Shown here: in pieces, positions 55,323 to 64,000 of the stretch | Position numbering within the stretch: position 1 is the first letter of the stretch | Layout: every line of letters starts with the position of its first letter | Assembly (NCBI GenBank): GCA_964397755.1 | Contig: CAYNJY010000004.1 | Location: forward strand, 1,117-65,116 | Direction of reading: 5' to 3' | Origin: an uncultured Gammaproteobacteria bacterium | GTDB taxonomy: Bacteria; Patescibacteriota; Microgenomatia; UBA10105; UBA927 | DNA: 64,000 bases | The notes under the pieces: generated by a model | The model's input: only the letters and a program-made list of their open reading frames with translations | The model's database searches: none | What the model was told of the DNA's origin: nothing | Translations under genes and position numbers: made by a program

Positions 55323-56060
55323 ATGACAGGAAGCGCAAGAGGTGAATCTGTTGAGGCGCGAAAAGCAAGGACACGGAAGGTAATTGAATGTCTCAAGAGG
55401 GAATACCCACGAGCGAGAATCATACTCCGCTACGGCAATCCCTGGGAGCTTCTGGTGGCAGTCGTCCTTTCCGCCCAGTGCACCGATAGCGTGGTTAACC
55501 GCGTTACGGAGAAGCTGTTTGCCACATACAAAACCCTTGAAGACTACGTGAATGCGCAACCACACGAATTTGAGCAAGACATTAAGTCCACAGGCTTCTT
55601 TCGCAGTAAAGCCAAGAACATTCTCGCCGCGGCAAAGCTTGTCAAAGGAAAATTCGGCGGCAAAGTGCCTCAAACAATGCTTGAGCTCGTCACTCTTCCT
55701 GGCGTGGCGCGTAAAACCGCCAACATCATCCTCGGCAACGCCTTTGGCGTGGTCGAGGGGATTGCGGTTGACACCCACGTCCTGCGCCTCAGTCAGCGCC
55801 TGCGATTGGTCGATCTTGGTACGATTGGGGGGAAGAAACTCATTGTTTTTAAAAGGGGCCCCCTGCAAAAGAATCCTGATTTCACCAAAGACGCCGATCC
55901 GGTCAAAATAGAACAGCAGCTTATGGATGTCGTTCCCCGAATTGACTGGTTTAAGCTCACCTACCTCCTTATCGACCACGGCCGGGCAGTGTGTCGCGCC
56001 CAAAATCCCAACTGCGCCTCATGTGTCCTCAACAGGCTCTGTCCCGCTTCGCGGGTGTAG
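55323..56060 (+). CDS. nth: endonuclease III
   Basis: HhH-GPD motif (LPGVARKTANIIL), catalytic Asp region, and a C-terminal 4Fe-4S cluster ligand pattern (CRAQNPNCASCVLNRLC). Confidence 0.9.
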   Translation: MTGSARGESVEARKARTRKVIECLKREYPRARIILRYGNPWELLVAVVLSAQCTDSVVNRVTEKLFATYKTLEDYVNAQPHEFEQDIKSTGFFRSKAKNILAAAKLVKGKFGGKVPQTMLELVTLPGVARKTANIILGNAFGVVEGIAVDTHVLRLSQRLRLVDLGTIGGKKLIVFKRGPLQKNPDFTKDADPVKIEQQLMDVVPRIDWFKLTYLLIDHGRAVCRAQNPNCASCVLNRLCPASRV

Positions 56061-56063
56061 CAT

Positions 56064-56926
56064 ATGTGGATACCTCTTGCTTTGACGACCGCGGTAGTCA
56101 CCTCGATCAATTGGGTGATCTTTAAGCACCTGACGCGCCGGACGCACTATACCATCGTTGCCCTGGGGCAGATGATCGCAGCCTTGCCGTTTCAGGCGCT
56201 TATTGTTTTTTTTTGGTATCGACCGATGGCGCTTGAGCCGATGTTCTGGGTAGGAATGCTCGGGAGTGGACTCCTCAATATTGTGACAACAATTCTTTCT
56301 TTTAAGACCTTAATTATGGAAGATATCTCGTTCCTCGCGCCGATTGCGGCGTTCAATCCGCTCCTTGTCACCTTCGTTTCCAGCCTCACCCTCAAGGAGT
56401 ATCCGAGTGTTACCGGGATAGTGGGGATAGTACTTATTGGGCTTGGGGCGTCTCTGCTTGGTCGAGAAGGGAAAGAGCGGCCCCATGTTTCTCTTCTTCG
56501 GCTGTTTGGCAGAAAGAGCGTCCGGTATATGCTTGTCGTCTACGCATCTGGGCGCTGACGCCTACATTGGAAAAGCTCGCGCTCGCCAACTCAGTTCCGC
56601 CAAACCCACCTCTTCTCTCCTTGGGAAGCGGGAGCATCATCCTTTTCGGGCTGCTTCCGGTGGTTGCAAGGAGAACCAGGAGCCAAGTTTCCAAGCTTTG
56701 GAGTATTGCGCCGGTTGTGCTTGTTACTGGCCTTCTTGCGACACTCTCCCAAATTGCCGCCTTCACCGCGTTCACCTTGACCAACGTCGGCTACGCGACC
56801 GCGGTGTTTAAGCTGAATATGCTCTTTACCATTCTCCTTGCGCACGCGTTCCTCAAGGAGAGAGTTACGGCCCGACTTCCCGCTACGATTTTCATGTTCA
56901 CTGGCGTTCTCCTTCTTGCCGCGTGA
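56064..56926 (+). pseudogene. DMT/EamA transporter split into two frames (frameshift or authentic split)
   Basis: ORFs 56064-56558 (5 TM, EamA half 1) and 56567-56926 (EamA half 2) sum to about 283 aa, the size of one DMT protein. They lie in different frames separated by about 10 nt. Confidence 0.4.
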
Positions 56927-56952
56927 GCCTCTACCATGTCAGATGTGGGGTC

Positions 56953-57537
56953 TCACCTGGCCGTAGCAACGACGTTTCTTCGAAGAAGGAGCATTGCGAC
57001 GAAAGCCCAGTTCGCACAGACAAGGTACACAGGATAGAGAGCTGTGACGAGTGATACTTTCTCCAAAGCAAAAAAGGCGATAAGAAACTTGAGACCGCTT
57101 ATTGCATAGGTGATGAGTGTCTCCTCGTGGGGTTTGACGTACGATTTGCGGAAGGTTGGAAAAAACCCAAGCGCATCAACAAGGGTAATGAGGATGACGG
57201 AGAGAAGCGGACCTTTGGTGAGAAACCAGAGCGCAAGGGCACTACCGGCACCAATCAAGCTCCACCAGTCGGAGCGAGTAATCGTTCGTTCACCCCGGGA
57301 AGTCCCAAGGAAAAATATTGCGGTGCAGGCAATAGCGGTGAACCCGGTCACCCATGCGCCGGAACCAGCACCCCCAGACAGCTGACCGAAGAATCCTATG
57401 GTTGTGATGGCAGCCCACACGAGCCAGGAGAACGCGTGGGGTTTCGTGCGGCCGGCAAAAACGTCGCGGAAGTAGGGGATGTAGGAAAAGAGGGCAATCA
57501 CTGTTGCGAGCGAGCCGAAGAACACCTTAAGGTTCAT
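56953..57537 (-). CDS. hypothetical polytopic membrane protein
   Basis: Start at ATG 57537 (MNLKVFFGSL...). 6 predicted TM helices. Confidence 0.45.
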   Translation of the reverse strand: MNLKVFFGSLATVIALFSYIPYFRDVFAGRTKPHAFSWLVWAAITTIGFFGQLSGGAGSGAWVTGFTAIACTAIFFLGTSRGERTITRSDWWSLIGAGSALALWFLTKGPLLSVILITLVDALGFFPTFRKSYVKPHEETLITYAISGLKFLIAFFALEKVSLVTALYPVYLVCANWAFVAMLLLRRNVVATAR

Positions 57538-57553
57538 ACGCGTACGCTCTATC

Positions 57554-57967
57554 TTACCACCCGCGCTCGGAGAAGAATACTCCTTTTTGGTACGCCTCAA
57601 TTGCGGCGCGAATATAGAGGACAGTGTCTCGTGGGAGTTGGCTCAATGGGAACCATCGCAAGTCGTCGCACTTTTCCGGCTCGCAGATAGAAGGCGTTCC
57701 GTTCCACGACGATACATGGAAGAAAAAATCCATGCGGATGTCAAACTCTTTTCGGTGCATGACGTGGACAAGGGTTAGGCTCGAGGGCTTGAGAGAAAGG
57801 CCTACCTCCTCCCGCACCTCGCGGCATAAAGAGTCGGTCAGCGACTCATCCTCCTCAACGTGTCCTGCCGGCAGGCTGTACATGCCGTCCGCGTAGCCGG
57901 TGTTTCTGCGCCGGGCGAGAAGAATCTTCTTGTTCTTGATGAAGAAAGGGTAGCAGGAGGCAATCAT
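57554..57967 (-). CDS. NUDIX hydrolase
   Basis: Nudix box GHVEEDESLTDSLCREVREEVGL. Start assigned to MIASCYPFF. Confidence 0.75.
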   Translation of the reverse strand: MIASCYPFFIKNKKILLARRRNTGYADGMYSLPAGHVEEDESLTDSLCREVREEVGLSLKPSSLTLVHVMHRKEFDIRMDFFFHVSSWNGTPSICEPEKCDDLRWFPLSQLPRDTVLYIRAAIEAYQKGVFFSERGW

Positions 57968-58072
57968 TTTGAATCGAGCTCGAGGGTTTCTCATGTGTCT
58001 GTTTATACCACAAAGAGAGTTTTGGAGGCGAGGCGTTTGCACAAATGCCTAAAATGGTGGAAAATAGGCATT

Positions 58073-58837
58073 ATGGAGGACGTGTTCCTGCGGCTGCCGT
58101 TTGCCGGCGATTACCCAATAAGCCTGGGTTTCGGAAGTAGCCCGAGCGACTCAACCCTTGGCCAGAAGTTCCAGGAATGGGGCATCGCCGGCCACCACGG
58201 GATTGACTTCGCCCTGCCGGTGGGCACACCGATTCTCGCTTCTGATTTTGGTACAGTGTTGCAAGTTGGTGACGATGGAGACTGGGGGATCTCAATCAGG
58301 CTTTCCCACTCGTGGGGGGAGAGTATCTTCGGCCACCTGTCACAAGCTCTGGTTGCTACAGGGCAGGCGGTTGCCAAAGGAGAGCTTCTCGGATACTCCG
58401 GGCAGACTGGCGCCGCGGTCGGTCCGCACCTCCACTTTGGCATCCGGCCGGAGAGCTATGACCTAAACAACGGCTACCTCGGCTATGTAGATCCGACGCC
58501 ATTTTTTAGTCAATCACAAGAGGCGATAGGCTCGCCAGTTACCCAAGCGGCCGAGGAGGGAGGAGTAGCGCCGGTGGGCCTCGGCGAGGGATCAGGCGAC
58601 AGACTTAGACGCCTCCGAAATCGAGCGCTTGAAGTGCGTAGAGAGAAGCGGGAGGAGATTCTTTCCGAAATAGTCGAGCTTGCGCGTGAGAATCCGGTCA
58701 CAAGCGGAATGCTTCAGAAGACGTTTCGTATCTCGCGACAAACCGCGACCAACTACCTTGCCGCGCTTGTGGGAGAAGGACGCCTTGTCCGAAGTGGGAA
58801 AAATCGAGGGGCGCGCTACAACGCCCCGAAATCGTAG
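58073..58837 (+). CDS. M23-family peptidase with C-terminal winged-helix-like domain
   Basis: The M23 core has HHGIDFA, the GDDGDW region and GPHLHFGI. The C-terminal 70 aa (ILSEIVELARENPVTSGMLQKTFRISRQTATNYLAALVGEGRLVRSG) look like a wHTH. Start assigned to ATG 58073. Confidence 0.65.
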   Translation: MEDVFLRLPFAGDYPISLGFGSSPSDSTLGQKFQEWGIAGHHGIDFALPVGTPILASDFGTVLQVGDDGDWGISIRLSHSWGESIFGHLSQALVATGQAVAKGELLGYSGQTGAAVGPHLHFGIRPESYDLNNGYLGYVDPTPFFSQSQEAIGSPVTQAAEEGGVAPVGLGEGSGDRLRRLRNRALEVRREKREEILSEIVELARENPVTSGMLQKTFRISRQTATNYLAALVGEGRLVRSGKNRGARYNAPKS

Positions 58838-58887
58838 ACAAAGAGCACCAATTGCCCACAGGCGTGAAGTGTGGTATCCTTCGGCCT

Positions 58888-59553
58888 ATGCCGAAAACAA
58901 AACGGTCAAAGAAGTCAAAAGCGCTCCGCGTCAAACTTCCACCAACTGCTCCTGAGGGCGTGATGCCAAGCTTTCAGAATGCCCCCAAAACAAAGTCCTG
59001 GAAAGTCCCAGTCTTCCTCGTGGTGCTTCTCGTTCTCCTTGTTGCGGCGCGAAAAGGGTGGATCGTTTCCGCAGTTGTCAACGGCCGGCCGATCTTTAGC
59101 TGGCAGCTCAATAACGTCCTCGTGTCGCGCTTTGGCAAACAGACGCTTGAGGGCATGGTTGGCGAAACACTCATCGTTCAGGAAGCGCGAAAAGCCGGTG
59201 TCCGCGTCATTCAGGCGGATATTGACGCGAAAGCGAGCGAGTTTACCCAGAGCCTCGGCTCGGGAGTCAACCTCGACGACCTCCTGCGGCTCCAGGGGAT
59301 GACGAAAGAAGACTTTGAAAATCAAATCCTCGTGCAGCTCACCATTGAAAAGCTCCTCAGCCGTGATCTCGTTATTACCGAGAGCGACATAGACACCTTC
59401 ATCGCCACCAACCGTGCGCGTTTAACGGCAACGACAGAAGCCGCACTTCGCGACGAAGCGCGCCAGACAATCACCGCAGACTTCGTCGGCGAAAAGATCC
59501 AGACGTGGTTCACCGAGCTCAAAGCCAAAGCCAAAATCCTCAGATTGCTGTGA
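58888..59553 (+). CDS. SurA N-terminal domain-like periplasmic chaperone-like protein (no PPIase domain)
   Basis: N-terminal TM or signal anchor, then a SurA_N-like helical domain (QADIDAKASEFTQ ... DFENQILVQLTIEKLL). Confidence 0.45.
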   Translation: MPKTKRSKKSKALRVKLPPTAPEGVMPSFQNAPKTKSWKVPVFLVVLLVLLVAARKGWIVSAVVNGRPIFSWQLNNVLVSRFGKQTLEGMVGETLIVQEARKAGVRVIQADIDAKASEFTQSLGSGVNLDDLLRLQGMTKEDFENQILVQLTIEKLLSRDLVITESDIDTFIATNRARLTATTEAALRDEARQTITADFVGEKIQTWFTELKAKAKILRLL

Positions 59554-59628
59554 AGACCTGTCCTTCGGAAAGACTCAGGACTTCGGAATGCTTACGCATT
59601 CCTCCGGCACTGACGTACAATGTACACC

Positions 59629-60687
59629 ATGTCTGCATGGCGTAGACTGCTCGATAAGCCTGAGCTTTGGGAGCGCTACTTTATCCGGGAAAAGGTTGTT
59701 AAGGCGATCCGCTCCTTTTTTGACGAGGGCGGTTTCCGTGAAGTAGAGACGCCGCTTCTTATTTCTCACCCGCCGGCAGAAAGCTACCTTGATGTGTTTG
59801 AAACAACGCTGTTTGACCGGAATCGCAAACCGACGAAGGCCTACCTCTCAACCTCTCCGGAAGTTTCACTCAAGAAACTCATGGTTGCAGGGCTCGGCAA
59901 CTGCTACAGTCTCACCAAAAGCTTTCGCAACATGGAGATCTACGGGAAGCTCCATAACCCGGAATTCACCATCCTCGAATGGTACCGCGTTGGTGTCGAC
60001 TATAAAAAAATCATGTCCGACTGCGAGAAGCTGCTCAATCGGATCGCCCGCTCTCTTTCTCAACCTGGGTTTGTCCTTGAATACCAAGGGCGGCGGGTGG
60101 ACCTTACCCCTCCATGGGAACGGTTGACGGTGGCCGAGGCATGTGCCACATGGGCGCACGTAGACCTTGAAGAATTTTTTGACATAGACGCTGCCCGACG
60201 AATTGCCAAGGGGAAAGGCTATAACGTCGAGGCGAAGACCACGTGGGGAGAACTCTTTCATCAAATATTTCTCAACGAAGTCGAGCCAAAGTTGGGGAGG
60301 GGACGGCCTACCATTCTGTACGAGTTTCCGGGATCCATGGCGGCTCTGGCGCGAAAGAAACCTTCTGACCCGCGTTTCGCCGAGCGCTTCGAGTTTTACA
60401 TCGAGGGCTTGGAGCTGGGCGACTGCTACAGCGAGCTCACCGACGCGAGAGAACAAGAGGAGCGGTTCAAAAAAGAGCTTGCCGAAGTAAAAAGACTAGG
60501 CAAGACAGCCTACGATTTTGATCACGACTTTATCGAAGCGCTCAAAGTCGGGTTGCCAGAGTGTAGCGGGATAGCTGTGGGCGTTGACCGGCTGGTGATG
60601 CTCTTTGCCGATGTTACCGACATTGCCGATACCCTGTTTTTTCCGGCAAAGGAGTTGTTTAGCAACAAGAAGAACGATGGTACGTAA
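59629..60687 (+). CDS. epmA: EF-P lysine aminoacylase (class II lysyl-tRNA synthetase paralog)
   Basis: Class II aaRS catalytic core lacking an anticodon-binding domain (FREVETPLL motif 1, motif 2 region, GIAVGVDRLVML motif 3). It is immediately upstream of efp. Confidence 0.8.
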   Translation: MSAWRRLLDKPELWERYFIREKVVKAIRSFFDEGGFREVETPLLISHPPAESYLDVFETTLFDRNRKPTKAYLSTSPEVSLKKLMVAGLGNCYSLTKSFRNMEIYGKLHNPEFTILEWYRVGVDYKKIMSDCEKLLNRIARSLSQPGFVLEYQGRRVDLTPPWERLTVAEACATWAHVDLEEFFDIDAARRIAKGKGYNVEAKTTWGELFHQIFLNEVEPKLGRGRPTILYEFPGSMAALARKKPSDPRFAERFEFYIEGLELGDCYSELTDAREQEERFKKELAEVKRLGKTAYDFDHDFIEALKVGLPECSGIAVGVDRLVMLFADVTDIADTLFFPAKELFSNKKNDGT

Positions 60688-60868
60688 GGAATGCTTTGTA
60701 GGCCAAGAGGAACGCGACAAAAAGAAGCGCTGATCCGAGAATCACTGCGGCAAAATATCCGGCAGAAAGGTTTACCAGCACATCAGCAACCGTCTGAAAA
60801 AAAGGAGTGGATCTATACGAACCATTATGCGATAATACAGGTGTCCCGTGCGGGATATTTTTATTGTT

Positions 60869-61432
60869 ATGGCAACGATTACTACAGCAAATTTCAGAAA
60901 AGGCATATGTATTGAGTTTAAAGATGAGCCGCACCAGATACTGGAGATGCAATTTGTGAATCCCGGGAAGGGCTCTGCCTTTATCCGCACTCGCCTCAAG
61001 TCTCTCAAAACCGGCCGGGTGCAGGAGTTTACCTTCAAGTCCGGCGAGTCAGTCGAGGAGGTGCCGGTTGTGACCCGCGAGATGCAGTACCTCTACCAAG
61101 AAGGGGACACGTACGTGTTTATGGACAACCGGACCTATGAGCAGTATGGACTTGTGGAAGGCCTACTCGAGGATTACGCACAGTACCTCAAACCGAACGA
61201 CACGTATCAAATTCTGCTTCACGGTGAAGAAGCTGTCGGCATCCGCTTCCCCAAAAAAGTCCGCCTGGCGGTCACCGAGGCCGAGGAGGGCAGCCGCGGC
61301 GATACGGTTTCTGGAGCCACCAAGATCGTGACCATTGAAACAGGCCTCAAGGTAACCGTGCCCTTGTTTATCAAAAAGGGAGAGGTGATAGCAATCGACA
61401 CCGAAACCGGCGAGTACCTAGAGAGAGCGTAG
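60869..61432 (+). CDS. efp: elongation factor P
   Basis: Start at ATG 60869 (MATITTANFRKG). It has the conserved modification-loop lysine in NPGKGSAF. Three-domain EF-P length (187 aa). Confidence 0.9.
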   Translation: MATITTANFRKGICIEFKDEPHQILEMQFVNPGKGSAFIRTRLKSLKTGRVQEFTFKSGESVEEVPVVTREMQYLYQEGDTYVFMDNRTYEQYGLVEGLLEDYAQYLKPNDTYQILLHGEEAVGIRFPKKVRLAVTEAEEGSRGDTVSGATKIVTIETGLKVTVPLFIKKGEVIAIDTETGEYLERA

Positions 61433-61522
61433 AACCCCCAAGCGACAAAGACACGCCATAGCGTGGATTTGTCGCTTTCGTGGATGCGGTGGTTGTGGGC
61501 ACGAGATTGTATAATTGGCTGG

Positions 61523-62305
61523 ATGCGCAAGCTCCTTACTTTTTTGGCAATCTTTCTTGTTGGTTTTGGGACAAGTCAACTCATTTCTTTCTTCCGTACC
61601 CCCGGAATCAGGCTGTTAAACAAATCGGTGGAGGTTACCAAAGAAGCAACCGCAACCAGCGTGCTCACCGATAAAGCACGTGAAGAAGCTCGTGTAAGCC
61701 GCGTCATTGATGGGGATACGATCGAGCTTGAGGGTGGACGCAAGGTTCGCTACATCGGCATTGATACGCCCGAGGTGGTGGATCCGCGAAAACCTGTTGA
61801 GTGCTTTGGGAAAGAGGCGAAAGAAGAGAATAGACGACTGGTAGACGGGAGGACAGTAAAACTTGAAAAGGACGTATCCGAGATTGATCGCTACGGACGG
61901 TTACTTCGATATATCTACATTGGCGATGTGATGATCAATGAAGCACTAGTTCGAAATGGTTTTGCCCACGCGTCGAGCTACCCGCCGGACGTGAAGAACC
62001 AAGAGCGACTCTTTGCTGCCGAGCGAGAAGCGCGGGAGAATAATCGCGGGTTGTGGGGAGGATGTACTTCTTCAACAATACAACAATTTAACAATGTAAC
62101 AATTTCACCAACAGTAGTAGGCGGTAGTTCATCAGATTGTAGTATCAAGGGTAATATTAGCTCAAAGGGAGAAAAGATCTACCACCTTCCCGGCTGCGGA
62201 TCGTATAACAAGACGGCAATCGATGAATCCAAAGGCGAACGCTGGTTTTGCATAGAGGGCGAAGCCCTCTCCGCCGGCTGGCGCAAAGCCAAAAACTGCC
62301 CGTAG
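61523..62305 (+). CDS. thermonuclease (SNase-like) with C-terminal Cys-containing domain
   Basis: Signal anchor, then an SNase core ([24 protein letters not shown] ... [11 protein letters not shown] ... [18 protein letters not shown]), then a C-terminal domain with 4 Cys ([20 protein letters not shown]...[19 protein letters not shown]). Confidence 0.8.
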   Translation: MRKLLTFLAIFLVGFGTSQLISFFRTPGIRLLNKSVEVTKEATATSVLTDKAREEARVSRVIDGDTIELEGGRKVRYIGIDTPEVVDPRKPVECFGKEAKEENRRLVDGRTVKLEKDVSEIDRYGRLLRYIYIGDVMINEALVRNGFAHASSYPPDVKNQERLFAAEREARENNRGLWGGCTSSTIQQFNNVTISPTVVGGSSSDCSIKGNISSKGEKIYHLPGCGSYNKTAIDESKGERWFCIEGEALSAGWRKAKNCP

Positions 62306-62356
62306 TGACACTAATGAGAGTTGACAGTTATGAGGTGCGGGTGAAAGAATAAAAAC

Positions 62357-63238
62357 ATGGACGACCCACTGCACACAGAAAAGAACGTTACGCAGGGACA
62401 ATTGCAGCCAAGCCCACAAGAGCAAACGCCAGAGGGCATAGCGATTGAGGAAACGCCGATCGTCGAAGACGCTCCGCCAGCCCCGATTGAATCGGGGCCA
62501 GGACGCCCGCGCAAAGGATCGTTCATAGCATTCATCGAGACACTTCTCATTCTCGGTATTCTTTTTACGTTCGGCGTGTGGATTGGCATGGTATTGCCGG
62601 ATTACCTCTCGCGTTTTACGACAGAAGAAGCAGTTCCTCCACCACCACGCGCGAGCGTGACAGTAGCCCCGACACCGACGCCAGAGCCGCCCCAATGGAA
62701 AATTTACCGGGTCATAAGCGGTACAACGAAACTCCCGGTTGAGGGAATTTCCTACCAGTTGCCATCGAGCATGCTCGAGCCTGTCTGTGATGGAGCAAGT
62801 TGCGCGTCGCAGGGCACGTACCTTCCCGGCGGCAGCCGCCTTACCGTTGCGGCGCGTGGGAGCGGCCAGCTTCTCCCTGACTATCGCGGTCGGGTTGTAA
62901 GCGACCTTCGCGGTCAGGCCTTCACCGTAGGCCAGAGGCTCGTTTCCGGCAGGCCGGCTGTTGAGTTCTCAGGCGATTTTAGCGGCGCGACGGTGAGCGG
63001 GTACAGCTTCTCAAAGATGCGGGGCGTCATGGTAGAACTGAACGAGAACGCGTCGGTGGAGATCAATCATTTTACGCCGCTTGGCGTCACGGCGAACTTC
63101 GTTGCGGATGAGGTGCTCTTTGATGAAATTCTCGCTAAAGTCGTTGTCACAACCGTGGGTCCCGTGATTCCAGCAGGCACGAGCGAAAAAGGGATCGAGC
63201 CATCAACGCCCTCCGGCTCATCGGAGTCACTTCGCTAA
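62357..63238 (+). CDS. hypothetical membrane-anchored protein
   Basis: Pro/Glu-rich N-terminus, one TM helix, a Pro-rich linker, then a beta-rich domain. No motif recognised. Confidence 0.45.
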   Translation: MDDPLHTEKNVTQGQLQPSPQEQTPEGIAIEETPIVEDAPPAPIESGPGRPRKGSFIAFIETLLILGILFTFGVWIGMVLPDYLSRFTTEEAVPPPPRASVTVAPTPTPEPPQWKIYRVISGTTKLPVEGISYQLPSSMLEPVCDGASCASQGTYLPGGSRLTVAARGSGQLLPDYRGRVVSDLRGQAFTVGQRLVSGRPAVEFSGDFSGATVSGYSFSKMRGVMVELNENASVEINHFTPLGVTANFVADEVLFDEILAKVVVTTVGPVIPAGTSEKGIEPSTPSGSSESLR

Positions 63239-64000
63239 TGAAGTCGTCGCCGGCCACGAGGAGACGATGAGGGGGTCAGTGTGTTGGCGCGGCAAGCTGC
63301 TCCAGAGTTCTTCCGTTAGAAAGGGCATAAACGGGTGGAGGAGTTTGAGGATTGTTAAGAATACGTGCCGAAGAACCGCCAGAGCTTGCACGTCTCCCTC
63401 TTTAAATCTATCTTTGTTTTTTTCCAGATGGACGTCGGCGAGGGTATGCCAGGTAAAGTCGTAGATTTTTTGCGCCGCGTCAGAGAAGTGGTAACTCTCC
63501 ATGTCCTTCGTCACTCCACTAGCGAGCATGTTGAGCTCTGAAATTATTCTTTTATCGTTTGGATTTTTTAGCGTTTTATGCATCTTTTCATCATACATTT
63601 GAGTTTTGACATTTGAGTTTTGAGCTCGCAGATTCATCTCGATGAATCTGCCAATGTTCCAGAGTTTATTGGCAAAATTCCTCATCCCTCGGATTTTATC
63701 TTCCGATAGCGACTGGTCGTTGCCCGCGGCAGTGCCGTAGACGAGCGCAATCCGGAGCGCATCGGCGCCGTATTTATCGATCATCTCCAGGGGATTGACC
63801 ACATTGCCTTTGCTTTTGCTCATTTTCTGTCCCTTGGCATCGCGGACAAGTCCATGAAGATAAACCGTTCGGAATGGCACATCGCCAGTCATGTAGAGGC
63901 CGAGCATGATCATCCGGCACACCCACCAGGGGAGGATATCGTACCCTGTCTCCATGACGGAGGTGGGATAGAAGTAATCAAAATCCGTCCCCGTGGTTTT
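63227..64000 (-). CDS. valS: valyl-tRNA synthetase (3' part; the gene continues beyond the window end)
   Basis: KMSKS motif (GQKMSKSKGNVVNP), then a ValRS-type anticodon-binding region and C-terminal helices. An oligo-repeat encodes in-frame residues near 63590-63625. Confidence 0.8.
   Translation of the reverse strand, partial: KTTGTDFDYFYPTSVMETGYDILPWWVCRMIMLGLYMTGDVPFRTVYLHGLVRDAKGQKMSKSKGNVVNPLEMIDKYGADALRIALVYGTAAGNDQSLSEDKIRGMRNFANKLWNIGRFIEMNLRAQNSNVKTQMYDEKMHKTLKNPNDKRIISELNMLASGVTKDMESYHFSDAAQKIYDFTWHTLADVHLEKNKDRFKEGDVQALAVLRHVFLTILKLLHPFMPFLTEELWSSLPRQHTDPLIVSSWPATTSLAK

Overview
This 64 kb window is a dense, small-gene chromosomal stretch from what looks like a Candidate Phyla Radiation (Patescibacteria)-type bacterium. 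That lineage call is an inference from gene content and organisation only. GC is about 52 percent, with a few AT-rich islets. TGA and TAG are both used as ordinary stop codons.

The window contains the replication-origin neighbourhood. dnaA and dnaN sit on the minus strand with DnaA-box clusters on both sides of dnaA, and the rpmH-rnpA-yidD-yidC-jag block follows on the plus strand. Other housekeeping features:
- the dnaG-rpoD operon;
- smpB with an adjacent tmRNA gene that the ORF track hides under an over-extended comFC ORF;
- a cluster of six tRNAs (four Ser isoacceptors and two Arg);
- a complete mevalonate-pathway operon running HMG-CoA reductase, HMG-CoA synthase, thiolase, a DUF35 scaffold protein, two GHMP kinases, diphosphomevalonate decarboxylase and uppS;
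- nadD-nadE, epmA-efp, nth, rnhA, rplY and partial valS.

The most striking content is a type IV secretion (T4SS)-like membrane system next to the origin. It has eight paralogous VirB2/TrbC-like two-helix pilin genes: a tandem array of six at 25.7-28.0 kb and two more at 15.6-16.7 kb, one fused to a cysteine-containing ectodomain. It also has a VirB6/TrbL-like polytopic membrane protein, a VirB4-like ATPase whose N-terminal domain is cut off by a single in-frame TAG, a transmembrane M23 peptidoglycan hydrolase carrying a large cytoplasmic domain, two further membrane proteins, and a convergent 1217-aa orphan protein. An ECF sigma factor is divergently transcribed from the pilin array.

A second unusual signal is a dispersed family of short tandem oligomer repeats (7-8 nt units, 3-5 copies). 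They sit at gene junctions and also in frame inside conserved genes: uppS, the O-antigen-ligase-like gene (twice), a mevalonate-pathway kinase, comFC and valS.

Coordinates of RNA genes, repeats and promoters were located by eye and may be off by a few nucleotides.
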